The position numbers were made by a program, and so were the translations under genes. Of a stretch of 64,000 bases of DNA, positions 1 through 10,577 are shown piece by piece (the stretch's first letter is position 1; each line of letters begins with the position of its first letter). Source of the stretch: Gammaproteobacteria bacterium. GTDB taxonomy: Bacteria; Pseudomonadota; Gammaproteobacteria; SZUA-229. The stretch lies in contig JADGFA010000004.1 of the NCBI GenBank assembly GCA_016744065.1, positions 64,559-128,558 on the forward strand. Direction: 5' to 3'. The notes under the pieces are model-generated. The model saw only the letters and a list, made by a program, of their open reading frames with translations, made no database searches and had not been told where the DNA came from.

Positions 1-735
1 CTGTGTCCCCGACTCAGACACAGCCAGTGCTTTTGCATTTCGCACCGAAGGTAAACCAACAAAACCAATACCTAATACATCACTAGATACATCGTCTGAT
101 AAATGATCATTAGATTCATAACGCAAAGCCGTATTAACAAGTCTGGCCTTTTTCCCCATAACCAGCGCTTTAAATGTATCATATGTACCAGATTTGTCAT
201 CCCGCGCATATACATGTATTTTACCGGAAAAATTTTTATCTATTTTATTCCAACGCGTAATTTCACCTGTAAATATTTTTTTAATAATACTTTTATCCAG
301 GTTCTGCACTGGGTTCGATTTATTTATGATAACGGCTATTCCATCTAAGCCAATCACATATTCAGCATCCTGCCTCCTCATTTCACCAAATTTTTTTAAG
401 CTTTGACTTTCTTTTTCTTTAATTGGCCGTGATGACATACCCACATCCGCAAGACCTTTTTTAATAGACTTAAAAGAAGTGCCTGATCCATGTGACTTTA
501 TCTCCACTGTCTTTTGCTGCCCAGACTTATTAGTACTAACAACACTTATCTCCTCATCAGCATGCTTCACTGTGTGAATATCACTATAGCCATTACTCAT
601 TAACCAACCATTAACAAGGACAGGGCCCAGTTTTGCACCGATTGTATTTGATCCATGCATACGAAATAAAACCTCATTCGCCTGTATAGATTGCATAAAA
701 GACAAAAAAAACATTAATGTAAGTATTAATTTCAT
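1..735 (-). CDS. pstS: Phosphate ABC transporter substrate-binding protein, PstS family (C-terminus lies beyond the window start)
   Basis: Minus-strand ORF absent from the supplied track because it has no in-window stop. ATG at 733-735. Translation begins MKLILTLMFFLSFMQSIQANEVLFRMHGSNTIGAKLGPVLVNGW (signal peptide plus PBP fold) and contains ADVGMSSRP, DGIAVIINKSNP and KIFTGEITRW blocks typical of PstS-type phosphate-binding proteins. Confidence 0.6.
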   Translation of the reverse strand, partial: MKLILTLMFFLSFMQSIQANEVLFRMHGSNTIGAKLGPVLVNGWLMSNGYSDIHTVKHADEEISVVSTNKSGQQKTVEIKSHGSGTSFKSIKKGLADVGMSSRPIKEKESQSLKKFGEMRRQDAEYVIGLDGIAVIINKSNPVQNLDKSIIKKIFTGEITRWNKIDKNFSGKIHVYARDDKSGTYDTFKALVMGKKARLVNTALRYESNDHLSDDVSSDVLGIGFVGLPSVRNAKALAVSESGTQ

Positions 736-949
736 ATTAATCATCGATTGATAAGTTACTTAGGGGGATGGCAATATAAGACAAAAACATTACAATATTA
801 TTAAATTCTGGCAAATTACATAACTCAATAATAACAATACCCTATCTACTCAGGCATTTTTCACCAACTAAAAGAGCTCTACTGCTGGCGTGAATCCTTT
901 GAAACCAGTAATATACGTTCTCTTAATGACATCACTATGATTACCCTAT

Positions 950-1183
950 ATGGCACGTAAAACACCGGTTAATTTTGAAAAAGCCATGTCACAGCTTGAA
1001 GAGCTGGTTGAAGATATGGAACAGGGCGACCTGCCTCTGGAAGATGCTCTCAAACATTTTGAAAAAGGCATCTCACTAGCTACCGACTGTCAACAGGCAC
1101 TCAGTAAAGCGGAGCAGAAGGTCACCCAGCTAATTGAAAAAAATGGTGAATTGCTGGAAAAACCATTCGAGATTGACGATTAA
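950..1183 (+). CDS. xseB: Exodeoxyribonuclease VII small subunit
   Basis: 77 aa. NFEKAMSQLEELVEDMEQGDLPLEDALKHFEKGI matches the XseB consensus. Sits immediately upstream of ispA-dxs as in the classical xseB-ispA-dxs operon. Confidence 0.9.
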   Translation: MARKTPVNFEKAMSQLEELVEDMEQGDLPLEDALKHFEKGISLATDCQQALSKAEQKVTQLIEKNGELLEKPFEIDD

Positions 1184-1186
1184 AGA

Positions 1187-2092
1187 ATGCCCGTAGATTC
1201 ACAGTTTAAGACCTCGCTTAAAAATTATTGCGAACGCGTAGATCACCACCTTAACCTCTGGCTACCAGAACCTGCAGGGCCTGAGGCACGACTCCAGAAA
1301 GCCATGCGTTACTCTGTAGTGGGGGGCGGCGGAAAACGTGTACGACCTATCCTTGTCTATGCCACAGGCCAGGCTCTTAATATCAAACCTGAACAACTGG
1401 ATGCCTGCGCCTGTGCGGTAGAAATTATTCATGCCTACTCTCTAATACATGATGATCTACCCGCTATGGATAATGATGATTTGCGCCGTGGGCGCCCCAC
1501 CTGCCATGTCGCATTTGATGATGCTACTGCCATTCTGGCTGGAGATGCATTACAGGCATTTGCTTTTGAGGTACTTGCATCTGACAATGCCATGAAAACC
1601 AGTGAAAATAATCGTATAGAAATGATAAAATTACTGGCCCAGTCCAGTGGCTCTATTGGTATGGCTGGTGGCCAGGCAATTGACCTGGATGCAGTTGGCA
1701 AGTCATTAAATCTGGATGAACTGGAAAATATGCATCTGTTAAAAACCGGTGCCCTGATTCGAGCCAGCGTATTACTAGGTGCCATGTGCAGCCCGGAAAT
1801 ACAAACTGAAAAAATGAAAGCACTGGACACTTATGCCCATTGCGTCGGCCTGGCTTTTCAAATTCATGATGATGTACTGGATATAACAGCAGATACAGAA
1901 ACACTGGGTAAACCTCAGGGATCTGATGAACAGCAAAACAAACCGACTTACCCTGCTTTATTAGGCATTAAAGGAGCGACGCAGAGAGCACTGGAGTTAC
2001 ATAAACGCGCTATCAAAGCACTTGAAAACTTTGATGAGTCAGCAGATATTTTACGCCAGCTTTCCGCATATATTATTGAACGTGGACACTAA
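1187..2092 (+). CDS. ispA: Farnesyl-diphosphate synthase (geranyltranstransferase)
   Basis: 301 aa. First Asp-rich motif [22 protein letters not shown] and second motif FQIHDDVLD of trans-prenyltransferases. Operon context with xseB and dxs. Confidence 0.9.
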   Translation: MPVDSQFKTSLKNYCERVDHHLNLWLPEPAGPEARLQKAMRYSVVGGGGKRVRPILVYATGQALNIKPEQLDACACAVEIIHAYSLIHDDLPAMDNDDLRRGRPTCHVAFDDATAILAGDALQAFAFEVLASDNAMKTSENNRIEMIKLLAQSSGSIGMAGGQAIDLDAVGKSLNLDELENMHLLKTGALIRASVLLGAMCSPEIQTEKMKALDTYAHCVGLAFQIHDDVLDITADTETLGKPQGSDEQQNKPTYPALLGIKGATQRALELHKRAIKALENFDESADILRQLSAYIIERGH

Positions 2093-2102
2093 TAAAGACA
2101 AA

Positions 2103-3959
2103 ATGCCAGATAATATGCCAGACACACAATTTTCTTTACTGGAAACCATATCATCACCAGATGATGTAAGAAATACGCCTGAAGCTCAACTCCCACAGCT
2201 AGCAGATGAACTGCGCAAGTTTGTTATTCAGTCTGTGGCACAAACAGGTGGGCACCTGGCCGCAGGTTTAGGCACAGTAGAGCTCACCCTGGCCCTGCAT
2301 TACGTATACAACACCCCCGAAGACAAACTGATCTGGGATGTGGGACACCAGTCATATCCACACAAAATCATTACCGGGCGCCGGGAGCGAATGAACACGA
2401 TTCGGCAGCATGAAGGGCTGTCAGGTTTTCCTAAACGAGATGAAAGCCCTTATGATACCTTTGGTGTAGGCCATTCCAGCACTTCAATCAGTGCTGCACT
2501 TGGCATGAGCATAGCGGCTAGAATGCGTGGTAGCCAGCAAAAAACTGTGGCTATTATTGGTGACGGCGCTATGTCTGCGGGCATGGCATTTGAAGCATTA
2601 AATCATGGGGGAGATACAGACACAGACTTGCTGGTCATTTTAAATGATAATGAGATGTCCATTTCGCCTAATGTGGGCGCACTATCCAAACACCTGTCAA
2701 AAATCATGTCTGGAAAAGTATATTCAACTATGCGCAGTGGATCAAAACGCGTATTAGAAAAAATTTCCATGTGGGATCTAGCCCAGAGAACAGAAGAACA
2801 TGTAAAAGGCATGGTAATGCCGGGGACCCTGTTTGAAGAACTGGGATTTAACTATTATGGCCCAGTAGATGGACATGATATTCCAACCCTTATAACCATG
2901 TTACAAAACTTACGTGTCCAGTCGGGGCCCCTTTTACTCCATGTTATAACCCAAAAAGGCAGGGGATATAAACCTGCTGAAGATAACCCATGCCTGTATC
3001 ACGGTATTGGCAGTTTTGACCCCGAAACCGGTGATAAACTCGATACGTCATCAGGAAAACCAACATATACCCAGGTATTTTCTGACTGGGTATGTGATAT
3101 GGCAACAAAAGATGACAGACTGGTAGCCATTACCCCCGCTATGCGAGAAGGCTCTGGCCTGGTTGCTTTTTCCGAACAGTTTGCTGATCGTTACCATGAT
3201 GTAGGTATTGCAGAACAACATGCTGTTACCCTTGCAGCGGGTATGGCCTGTGAGCGAGCCAAACCGGTGGTCGCCATCTATTCCACTTTCCTGCAACGCG
3301 CTTATGATCAACTCATTCATGATGTCGCTATTCAAAATTTACCGATATTATTTGCTATAGACCGAGCAGGTCTCGTCGGTGCTGATGGCCCAACTCACGC
3401 AGGCAACCTGGATTTAAGTTATCTGCGGTGCGTGCCTAATATGTTGATAATGACACCTTCAGATGAGAATGAATGCCGTCAGATGCTGACTACAGGTTAT
3501 CAGCATAATGGCCCAGCAGCCGTTCGTTATCCCCGCGGACAGGGCCCTGGCGTAGAAATCGACAAAAAATTTAAAGTCATTGAAATCGCTAAGGCAGAAA
3601 TACGTCGTCAGGGACAGAAAATCGCCCTGCTAGCCTTTGGCAGCATGCTATCAGAAGCATTAATCGCCGCTGAAAAAATTGATGCCACAGTAATAAATAT
3701 GCGCTTTGTCAAACCACTGGATACTGAAATGTTGCAAAGCATTGCCAACGACCATGAAACCATTGTTACCATTGAAGAGAATGTTATCGCCGGTGGTGCT
3801 GGCAGTGGCGTTAATGAATGGCTATTAGCAAACAAACTAAATAACCATGTTATTAATCTGGGCCTGCCAGATCATTTTGTCGAGCATGGGGCCACACACG
3901 AACTTCTCGCAGATTGCGGGTTAGATGCTACCGGCATTATTAAATCGATTAATAAATAG
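2103..3959 (+). CDS. dxs: 1-deoxy-D-xylulose-5-phosphate synthase
   Basis: Thiamine-diphosphate motif [22 protein letters not shown]-terminal [20 protein letters not shown] block and transketolase-like C-terminal domain. Start moved from the track ORF (2022) to the first ATG after the ispA stop (2103) to remove overlap. Confidence 0.92.
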   Translation: MPDNMPDTQFSLLETISSPDDVRNTPEAQLPQLADELRKFVIQSVAQTGGHLAAGLGTVELTLALHYVYNTPEDKLIWDVGHQSYPHKIITGRRERMNTIRQHEGLSGFPKRDESPYDTFGVGHSSTSISAALGMSIAARMRGSQQKTVAIIGDGAMSAGMAFEALNHGGDTDTDLLVILNDNEMSISPNVGALSKHLSKIMSGKVYSTMRSGSKRVLEKISMWDLAQRTEEHVKGMVMPGTLFEELGFNYYGPVDGHDIPTLITMLQNLRVQSGPLLLHVITQKGRGYKPAEDNPCLYHGIGSFDPETGDKLDTSSGKPTYTQVFSDWVCDMATKDDRLVAITPAMREGSGLVAFSEQFADRYHDVGIAEQHAVTLAAGMACERAKPVVAIYSTFLQRAYDQLIHDVAIQNLPILFAIDRAGLVGADGPTHAGNLDLSYLRCVPNMLIMTPSDENECRQMLTTGYQHNGPAAVRYPRGQGPGVEIDKKFKVIEIAKAEIRRQGQKIALLAFGSMLSEALIAAEKIDATVINMRFVKPLDTEMLQSIANDHETIVTIEENVIAGGAGSGVNEWLLANKLNNHVINLGLPDHFVEHGATHELLADCGLDATGIIKSINK

Positions 3960-4224
3960 AACCTCATACCCGCCGCCTGATATATTCGGGGAAAGATCGT
4001 CGCCCCTTCCAGTGGGTATGAGGCGCCCTGCCCCCTACTCTGTAGGTACTCCGATCAGATTGTCGACCCACGACGCTATAAACACCTGATGGACATGCTC
4101 TTTAACAGGAGTATTTCTCAACACTTATTCCCCCATGCCATCAGAGATTGCTAATAAGACTAAAAACCGATAAAATCCTGCGGTTTTTACCAACCCTTTT
4201 TCATATATAATTATAGTCCTGAAT

Positions 4225-4602
4225 ATGTCGGCTAAATATACATTAAAAATAGTTACAGATTTCGCATCTGCACACACGCTCCGTGACTATCCAGGAGCAT
4301 GTAGCCGTATGCACGGGCATAACTGGAAAGTTGAACTGGAACTTGAATCCAGCCAACTGGATAAAGTTGGCATGGCTATCGATTTTAAAGCCATGAAAAA
4401 AGCCACCAATGAAGTATGCGACCGGCTGGATCACCGTTATCTGAATGAGATTGAACCCTTTACAGAGATTAACCCGACTGCAGAAAATATGGCAGCCTGG
4501 ATATACCAGGAAATTGCCAAAAAACTTAACACTGATACCCTGCGCGTAAGCTCCCTCACCCTCTGGGAAACTGAACGCGCCTGTGTAACCTATAGCGAAT
4601 AG
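4225..4602 (+). CDS. queD: 6-carboxy-5,6,7,8-tetrahydropterin synthase (PTPS family, QueD)
   Basis: 125 aa. Zinc and catalytic motif [12 protein letters not shown] (CxxxHGH) characteristic of QueD/PTPS. Confidence 0.8.
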   Translation: MSAKYTLKIVTDFASAHTLRDYPGACSRMHGHNWKVELELESSQLDKVGMAIDFKAMKKATNEVCDRLDHRYLNEIEPFTEINPTAENMAAWIYQEIAKKLNTDTLRVSSLTLWETERACVTYSE

Positions 4603-4615
4603 CGAAGAGAAAAAG

Positions 4616-5410
4616 ATGACCGAAGCAAAGACAATGCCCGATGTACAAAGCAGCCAGGACAAACGTCATATTGCTATTAATAAAGTAGGCATTAAAGATA
4701 TTCGTCATCCGGTACAGGTAAAAGACCGTTCAGGCCATGTACAGCATACCGTTGCAAATTTTAATATGTATGTCGATTTACCACATAATTTCAAAGGCAC
4801 ACATATGTCTCGATTTGTGGAAATTTTAAATAGCCACAATCATGAAATCACCGTTAAGACCTTACGCACCATGTTATCAGAGATGACAGAAAGACTGGAT
4901 GCAGAAAATGGTCATATCGAAATGAACTTTACCTATTTCGTTAATAAAAAAGCACCTGCTTCCGGCGTAGAAAGTTTACTGGATTATGAAGTCACTTTTT
5001 ACGGCGACCGTATTAATGGAAAAAATCATGTAACCGTAAAAGTTCTCGTGCCTGTTACCAGCCTTTGCCCCTGCTCAAAAAAGATATCTGAATATGGCGC
5101 ACATAACCAACGCTCACATGTAACAGTTAATGTTAAAGCAGATGATTTTATCTGGATTGAAGATTTAATCGATATCGTAGAACAGGAAGCATCCTGCGAG
5201 CTATATGGTCTGTTAAAACGCCCCGATGAAAAAATTGTAACAGAACGTGCTTATGACAATCCTAAATTTGTAGAAGATATGGTTCGCGATGTTGCTGCGC
5301 GTTTAAATGCAGATGAGCGTATTCGGTCATACACACTTGAATCCGAAAACTTTGAATCAATTCATAATCATTCAGCTTATGCACTGATTCAGCATGATAA
5401 AGACGCATAA
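4616..5410 (+). CDS. folE2: GTP cyclohydrolase FolE2 (GCYH-IB, MptA family)
   Basis: 264 aa. Conserved GTHMSRF block and C-terminal [19 protein letters not shown] segment typical of COG1469/FolE2. Translationally close to queD (14 nt gap). Confidence 0.8.
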   Translation: MTEAKTMPDVQSSQDKRHIAINKVGIKDIRHPVQVKDRSGHVQHTVANFNMYVDLPHNFKGTHMSRFVEILNSHNHEITVKTLRTMLSEMTERLDAENGHIEMNFTYFVNKKAPASGVESLLDYEVTFYGDRINGKNHVTVKVLVPVTSLCPCSKKISEYGAHNQRSHVTVNVKADDFIWIEDLIDIVEQEASCELYGLLKRPDEKIVTERAYDNPKFVEDMVRDVAARLNADERIRSYTLESENFESIHNHSAYALIQHDKDA

Positions 5411-5426
5411 AACACTATAAATAATC

Positions 5427-6392
5427 TTATTCATTTAGATCATTTGAATATTTATTAGAATACGCCTCTTCTAATTTAATAATTGTTTTTAAAAAACTTT
5501 CATCAATCGTTAAACCCGATGTTAACAATAAATTTAACTCGGTTTTAGTGTCGTGCAATAACAAAGTCAACATTTTCATATAACTTTCTGAAAGCGACAT
5601 TTTCAACAAGCTTTCTTTCAGATTTTTTTCAAAACCTAGAAAAATATTCGACACCTGGATAATTTGATTATCAATATTATCCTGAACGGCTTCAAATGAC
5701 ACATGTGTTTTCTTAAATATTTTATAAATATTTCGCCTCAGCGTTTCCAGATCAACTTCTTTTTTGAGCGAATCAACTCTCAAATTAGCAGCCATTACCA
5801 CAATAAAAACAAATTCTTTTAACTGCTTAAATCTAATTTCATCCTCGACTGGCAAGCCCTTCACCAACACACTAATATGATCCAGGTTAAGCACAAAAGC
5901 ATCCGTCCCTGACTCTACATACTCCCCCTTTTCTTTACAGCTTTTAAGGAACTTAATATTTACATCTTTATTTTCAGCAGACAGTGAAAAATCATATAAA
6001 TTTTCTTCAGATGCGATTAACACACTCATATCCAGATCAGTGCCATCAACAGCATGAAACATGGACTGGACTAGCTCCTGATATTCTGACACCAGGAAAC
6101 TACCCCTAAGAAACTCAAGAACATCATCATTTTCTTTTATCTGGTTTTGATCCAGCAGATCACTTTCAGCCGAAATACGATCTTTAACTTTGTTAAAAAC
6201 CAATTGCTGTTGAAGCGTGGCTATCTTTTCTTTAGCCACAATCAGCTCAGTGCTTATTGAAAAAAAATTACTTTTAAACACCTCTAGATTTTTTATTCGC
6301 TCATTCAGGTACTTATTTTCATGACGAAGCTTCCCTGCTTCAGTATATTGTAATGCACCATCGTCCACTGTTTTTTGTTCGTCATCACTCAT
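5427..6392 (-). CDS. Hypothetical cytoplasmic protein with N-terminal coiled coil
   Basis: 321 aa uninterrupted ORF. Heptad-rich N-terminus (ENKYLNERIKNLEVF...LQQQLVFNK). No recognisable catalytic motif. Immediately follows the MBL-fold gene on the same strand (8 nt gap), so likely co-transcribed. Confidence 0.5.
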   Translation of the reverse strand: MSDDEQKTVDDGALQYTEAGKLRHENKYLNERIKNLEVFKSNFFSISTELIVAKEKIATLQQQLVFNKVKDRISAESDLLDQNQIKENDDVLEFLRGSFLVSEYQELVQSMFHAVDGTDLDMSVLIASEENLYDFSLSAENKDVNIKFLKSCKEKGEYVESGTDAFVLNLDHISVLVKGLPVEDEIRFKQLKEFVFIVVMAANLRVDSLKKEVDLETLRRNIYKIFKKTHVSFEAVQDNIDNQIIQVSNIFLGFEKNLKESLLKMSLSESYMKMLTLLLHDTKTELNLLLTSGLTIDESFLKTIIKLEEAYSNKYSNDLNE

Positions 6393-6399
6393 CTAAACA

Positions 6400-7356
6400 T
6401 TACTCAAACTCTGCCTTTTCAACTTCCAGCTTGGCCAGGCTAATATGCTTACCCAACTCCTCGCTAAAACCAGCCCAGCCTTTAAACTTAGATAATTTCG
6501 CTTCAATTTTTGCTTTCATTTCAAAATCTTCCAAGCCTTCTTCATAGAATTTTTCAACCTGAGAATATAGAACATTAAGGTACTCACGCTGTAACTGGGG
6601 CAGTTTTATATCACCTGATGGACCGTGACCTGGCACGTAATGTTTCTTTTTCAGGCTTATGGCTCTATCCATCGCTTTTATTGTATCCCTGAAGTTACCG
6701 TCACTCATACGTAAAATCCGAAGATAACCGACATTATCTCCGGTAAAAAAGGTAGAACCCTCAACATACTCGATCATAATATCCGTATCGCTATGCGCAA
6801 TACCTACCGAATGAATATTAAAAGTCAGACCTGCAAGTTTTAACTGCTTACCATCTTCCACCGCAGTATCAGGATAAGCTATTTTAGTTCCTTTTGTCGC
6901 TCCATCTGTCATGCTTATCATGTTATCTACCCATGATTGCGCATCTCCCGCTTTAGCTTTTTTAATCATTCGAGGATCAGCAATAATTTTCACAGATGGA
7001 TAACTTTGCTGAATAACTTCATTCGCTAGCCAGTGATCACCATGCGCATGGGTATTAAAAATATGTGACACTGGTTTATCTGTTACTTTTTTTATTTCCC
7101 GTAACAACATAGTACCGACCTGATGACTTGACCCAGGATCAACAATCACAACACTTTTATCCGCAATAATAAATGCAGGGTTATTCATAAAACCACGGTT
7201 TTTTGCATTAGGCATTTCACGTGGGCCATGGATAACATAAACCGATGAATTTATTTTATCCGCACTAAAGCCAGCAAAAAAATCATCTGCCATCACACTA
7301 AAAGAACTAAACAATAAAACAAATAACACAAGAAAATTTTTCATACTAAATCTCAT
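6400..7356 (-). CDS. Secreted MBL-fold metallo-hydrolase
   Basis: 318 aa. N-terminal signal peptide MKNFLVLFVLLFSSFSVMA. Metallo-beta-lactamase motif NTHAHGDHW (HxHxDH) plus downstream His and Asp ligands (HSDTD, PGHGP). Confidence 0.7.
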   Translation of the reverse strand: MRFSMKNFLVLFVLLFSSFSVMADDFFAGFSADKINSSVYVIHGPREMPNAKNRGFMNNPAFIIADKSVVIVDPGSSHQVGTMLLREIKKVTDKPVSHIFNTHAHGDHWLANEVIQQSYPSVKIIADPRMIKKAKAGDAQSWVDNMISMTDGATKGTKIAYPDTAVEDGKQLKLAGLTFNIHSVGIAHSDTDIMIEYVEGSTFFTGDNVGYLRILRMSDGNFRDTIKAMDRAISLKKKHYVPGHGPSGDIKLPQLQREYLNVLYSQVEKFYEEGLEDFEMKAKIEAKLSKFKGWAGFSEELGKHISLAKLEVEKAEFE

Positions 7357-7668
7357 AATAGTTAATTATCAGGTATTTTTTCAACCTGAGCGTAAATTAT
7401 TTTGCTGATTATTATTTATATTTTATTACCCGCTAATCTGACTTCTCAGATCACGCAATAATCTTTAAAAAGTGCTCATCCAGAACAAATAATTCTATTA
7501 GTATCCCACATAGTTTTTATCAGCTACTAATAATAAAGAGTTTCCTACTAAAACAATAAACGGCTACTCAAAATACAGCCTTCAAATTATTAATATTCAG
7601 CATCACATTTTAATTAGTAATGGCTTAGTAAATACGTTTTGGTAGATACGTAACCCCAAATATAAAAA

Positions 7669-8826
7669 CTACTTAAGTTGCCTTAACAGTGCATCCTGAA
7701 ACAGACCTGCCAAACCGCCTGTTATAGCGCCACCATCTTCATTGGTTATTTTTATTTTGCTTGAGTAATCACCCTCAATTTGCTTTAAATTCAGGGTTAT
7801 ATAATCTTCAGGAGCCACCTTGTCAGGTTGTTGTTTATACTCTGGTGAGTCAAAGCCGTCATCATCATCAACGTCAACATCTTTTCCACTGAATAAACCA
7901 CTAAACCAGCCACTCTCATCTCCAGCTGGTTTTTCATTTATCTTCAAATTACCAATTCGTACTGTCATAGTACGTGAAGCCTTATCGCTTTTTAGCGTAT
8001 CAACCCCCATTCTATCCATAGCAATCTGTAACCGTAACCAGATCGTATCAGCTTCACCTTTGACATTTAATGCATCAGAAATTTCAACACTTCGATTTAC
8101 CCGTGGCTGATAACTATTATACGACGCCATCAATTCTGTAGCGCCTGAATCACGAACACCACCAAATAGAACAAAGCGATACATTATCTCACGTTCCAGA
8201 AAGGGCTCTGAATCCCGTTGTACCCACTCAGTAATATCATTGGCCACACTTATCTGTAATCCACGATGACTTACATACAATCGCGTCATGTTCTTAAGCT
8301 GGGCAGCTTCAACTCTTATTCTAAAACGATCTTTATAGTCCGGTGAAAAACCACTAAACCAACTGCTTGAGTCTTCCTCAGAATCATAAGTAACCTTATA
8401 CTCATTCATCCATTCAGTATCAACAAAACCTAATAATTTCTCTACACGATCAACTTCAATACCTTCTGAAGCCAGAAAGCCCGGAATCATTGCCCAAACA
8501 TCGGCTACAGGTTTATCTATCTCAAGCCAATACAGGCGAGCATCATTTTTTAACTCATACCCTTTAAGGTCAGGCGCAATAACAGTGCTTTCCGTAAATT
8601 TAGTTTTGCCTGAACTCTCCTTTCCTGATGGCTTCGGTAAACGCAATGCCCCCTGGGTATCAGGTATTGTTAATTTAGGTGGAATTTCCAGTGCCTGCAG
8701 GGAGTTAGCATCCAGATACGTTGGGCGCTCCTCCCCATCAGAACTACATGCAAGCAGAGAAACAGATAATAAAGTCATTACAAATAAGGTAAACGGGATA
8801 TTTTTAGATAATAATTTAATACACAT
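7669..8826 (-). CDS. bamC: Outer membrane protein assembly factor BamC (NlpB) lipoprotein
   Basis: Lipobox LLACSS. N-terminal region resembles E. coli NlpB (LLAACSSD...LEAAPLAEL). Immediately downstream of dapA on the same strand, as in the conserved dapA-nlpB arrangement. Confidence 0.65.
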   Translation of the reverse strand: MCIKLLSKNIPFTLFVMTLLSVSLLACSSDGEERPTYLDANSLQALEIPPKLTIPDTQGALRLPKPSGKESSGKTKFTESTVIAPDLKGYELKNDARLYWLEIDKPVADVWAMIPGFLASEGIEVDRVEKLLGFVDTEWMNEYKVTYDSEEDSSSWFSGFSPDYKDRFRIRVEAAQLKNMTRLYVSHRGLQISVANDITEWVQRDSEPFLEREIMYRFVLFGGVRDSGATELMASYNSYQPRVNRSVEISDALNVKGEADTIWLRLQIAMDRMGVDTLKSDKASRTMTVRIGNLKINEKPAGDESGWFSGLFSGKDVDVDDDDGFDSPEYKQQPDKVAPEDYITLNLKQIEGDYSSKIKITNEDGGAITGGLAGLFQDALLRQLK

Positions 8827-8829
8827 AAT

Positions 8830-9705
8830 TTAAAGCACGCCTGCCTGACGCATCGCATTGCGCAGTGTTTCATGATATTGCTCTGACAAAACCGTTAAAG
8901 GCAAACGAATACCCGCAGGTATTTTACCCATTTCAGTTAATGCCCATTTTACCGGAATAGGATTAGCCTCAACAAAAAGATCATTATGCAGACCCGTTAA
9001 AGGCTGATTTAGTTCCAGTGCTTTTTCTCGCTCACCTGCAAGAGCCGCTATACACATATCAGACATGGCTTTGGGTGCAATATTATTCGTAACAGAAATA
9101 ACACCATCGCCGCCCTGCAACATAAACTCTGTACCTGTTGCATCATCACCGGAAAAAACATCAAAATTCTCACCACACAATTCACGAATTTGAATTAGAC
9201 GTGATAAATCACCCGTCGCCTCTTTAATACCGATAATATTTGATATTTTAGACAAGCGGGCCACGGTTTCAGGCAACATATCACAGGCCGTACGCCCTGG
9301 TACATTATATAAAATCTGTGGTATGGGCACCGTTTCAGCAATTAACTTATGGTGCAGATACAGGCCTTCCTGAGTCGGCTTATTATAATAAGGCGTTACC
9401 AGCAAACAGGCATCAGCACCAGCCTGCATAGCACATCGGGTCAGTATAATCGCCTCAGTTGTGGAGTTAGCCCCAGTACCTGCAATAATAGGGATACGCT
9501 CGTTTGCCATTTCTACTGTACGACGAATAACGTTACAATGCTCTTTTTCATCTAACGTTGCTGATTCACCCGTTGTGCCCATTGAAACAATGGCATTTGT
9601 GCCATTTTCAATATGAAACTCAAGCAGTTGACTCAAGCTATCGAAGTCAACTGAACCATCAGAGTGCATGGGTGTTACCAACGCCACCATACTGCCACGA
9701 AACAT
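8830..9705 (-). CDS. dapA: 4-hydroxy-tetrahydrodipicolinate synthase
   Basis: N-terminus [13 protein letters not shown] closely matches E. coli DapA (MFTGSIVAIVTPM). TIM-barrel lyase blocks GTTGESATL and the conserved Lys region ...IGIKEATGD. Confidence 0.9.
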   Translation of the reverse strand: MFRGSMVALVTPMHSDGSVDFDSLSQLLEFHIENGTNAIVSMGTTGESATLDEKEHCNVIRRTVEMANERIPIIAGTGANSTTEAIILTRCAMQAGADACLLVTPYYNKPTQEGLYLHHKLIAETVPIPQILYNVPGRTACDMLPETVARLSKISNIIGIKEATGDLSRLIQIRELCGENFDVFSGDDATGTEFMLQGGDGVISVTNNIAPKAMSDMCIAALAGEREKALELNQPLTGLHNDLFVEANPIPVKWALTEMGKIPAGIRLPLTVLSEQYHETLRNAMRQAGVL

Positions 9706-9965
9706 GATTACTGCCTTTAAGAAAATAAAAATAAAAACCAGTCGTAATTAAGAACACGAACCAGTCGAATTGAGCCAGAAATAGTACTTTGTAGTCCTTT
9801 TATTTACAAGCCAAAGTACATAATAACTTACTTATAATCCTTTATCTGCGAGACTGATAAAACAAAGAAAAACACTTGCCATAAAAATATGTGTACAATA
9901 TTTACCTCTGCCTTTTCTTCTTTCGGCTTTAATAACCATAATAAACAACTTACCAAAGGTAATAA

Positions 9966-10496
9966 ATGAACCCATCACTCGTAATTACCGCTATTGGTGC
10001 AGATCGCTCTGGCATTGTTAATGAACTCACTGAGGTTTTACTTAATACCGGCCTGAATATTGAAGATAGCCGCATGAGTGTACTGGGCGGGGAATTTGCA
10101 GTAATGCTGCTGGTAACAGGTGACAAAACAGCGGTTGAGTCTATAAAGCAACAACAGAAATCACTTTCAGATTCACTTAAATTAAACATACTGATTAAAC
10201 CAACCACCAGTGATAACAGTAATAATAGTCATAAATACACCCGTTACAGAATAACCGTAGAAGGCATGGATAATCCAGGCATTGTGCACAAACTTGCTCG
10301 CTATCTTTCCCAGCACAGTATCAATATTGTTAATATGCAGACTGACAGTAGCCACGCACCCCATACTGGCACACCTGTGTTTACGGTTAATATATTAGTT
10401 GATATTCCAGGTGAACATAATATTGAGCAGGTTAAAAATGATTTCATTATTCTATGCGATGAACTCAATATGGACGCCAGGTTTAAACTCGCATAA
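9966..10496 (+). CDS. gcvR: Glycine cleavage system transcriptional repressor GcvR (tandem ACT domains)
   Basis: 176 aa. LVITAIGADRSGIVNELTEVL...NIEDSRMSVLGGEF aligns to E. coli GcvR (LVITALGADRPGIVNTIT...NIEDSRLAMLGEEF). The bcp/gcvR/dapA neighbourhood is conserved with E. coli. Confidence 0.8.
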   Translation: MNPSLVITAIGADRSGIVNELTEVLLNTGLNIEDSRMSVLGGEFAVMLLVTGDKTAVESIKQQQKSLSDSLKLNILIKPTTSDNSNNSHKYTRYRITVEGMDNPGIVHKLARYLSQHSINIVNMQTDSSHAPHTGTPVFTVNILVDIPGEHNIEQVKNDFIILCDELNMDARFKLA

Positions 10497-10577
10497 CCCA
10501 TAAATAAAAAGCACTCTCCACCTGCTCCTCTGATCTATGCAACTTCACTATATTAAATACTTAATTAAGAGAAAGTC

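Noticed and set aside
103-406. Plus-strand ORFs 103-348 and 194-406 from the track
   Set aside because: Both lie antisense inside the much longer, well-supported minus-strand PstS-family gene (1-735) and have low-complexity, Ile/Phe-rich translations typical of AT-rich antisense frames.
736-949. Possible Pho box upstream of pstS (TTGTCTTATATTGCCATC on the minus strand)
   Set aside because: Only a loose resemblance to the CTGTCAT-N4-CTGTCAT consensus. It cannot be distinguished from background AT-rich sequence without a PWM score.
2022-2102. 5' extension of the dxs ORF ([10 protein letters not shown]...)
   Set aside because: Overlaps the ispA 3' end by 71 nt with no homology to DXS N-termini. 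The first ATG after the ispA stop (2103) gives the conventional start.
1435-3835. Antisense ORFs inside ispA and dxs (1435-1830, 1653-1904, 2603-2812, 3051-3335, 3608-3835)
   Set aside because: Entirely embedded in strongly supported housekeeping genes. No start signals, and compositionally biased translations.
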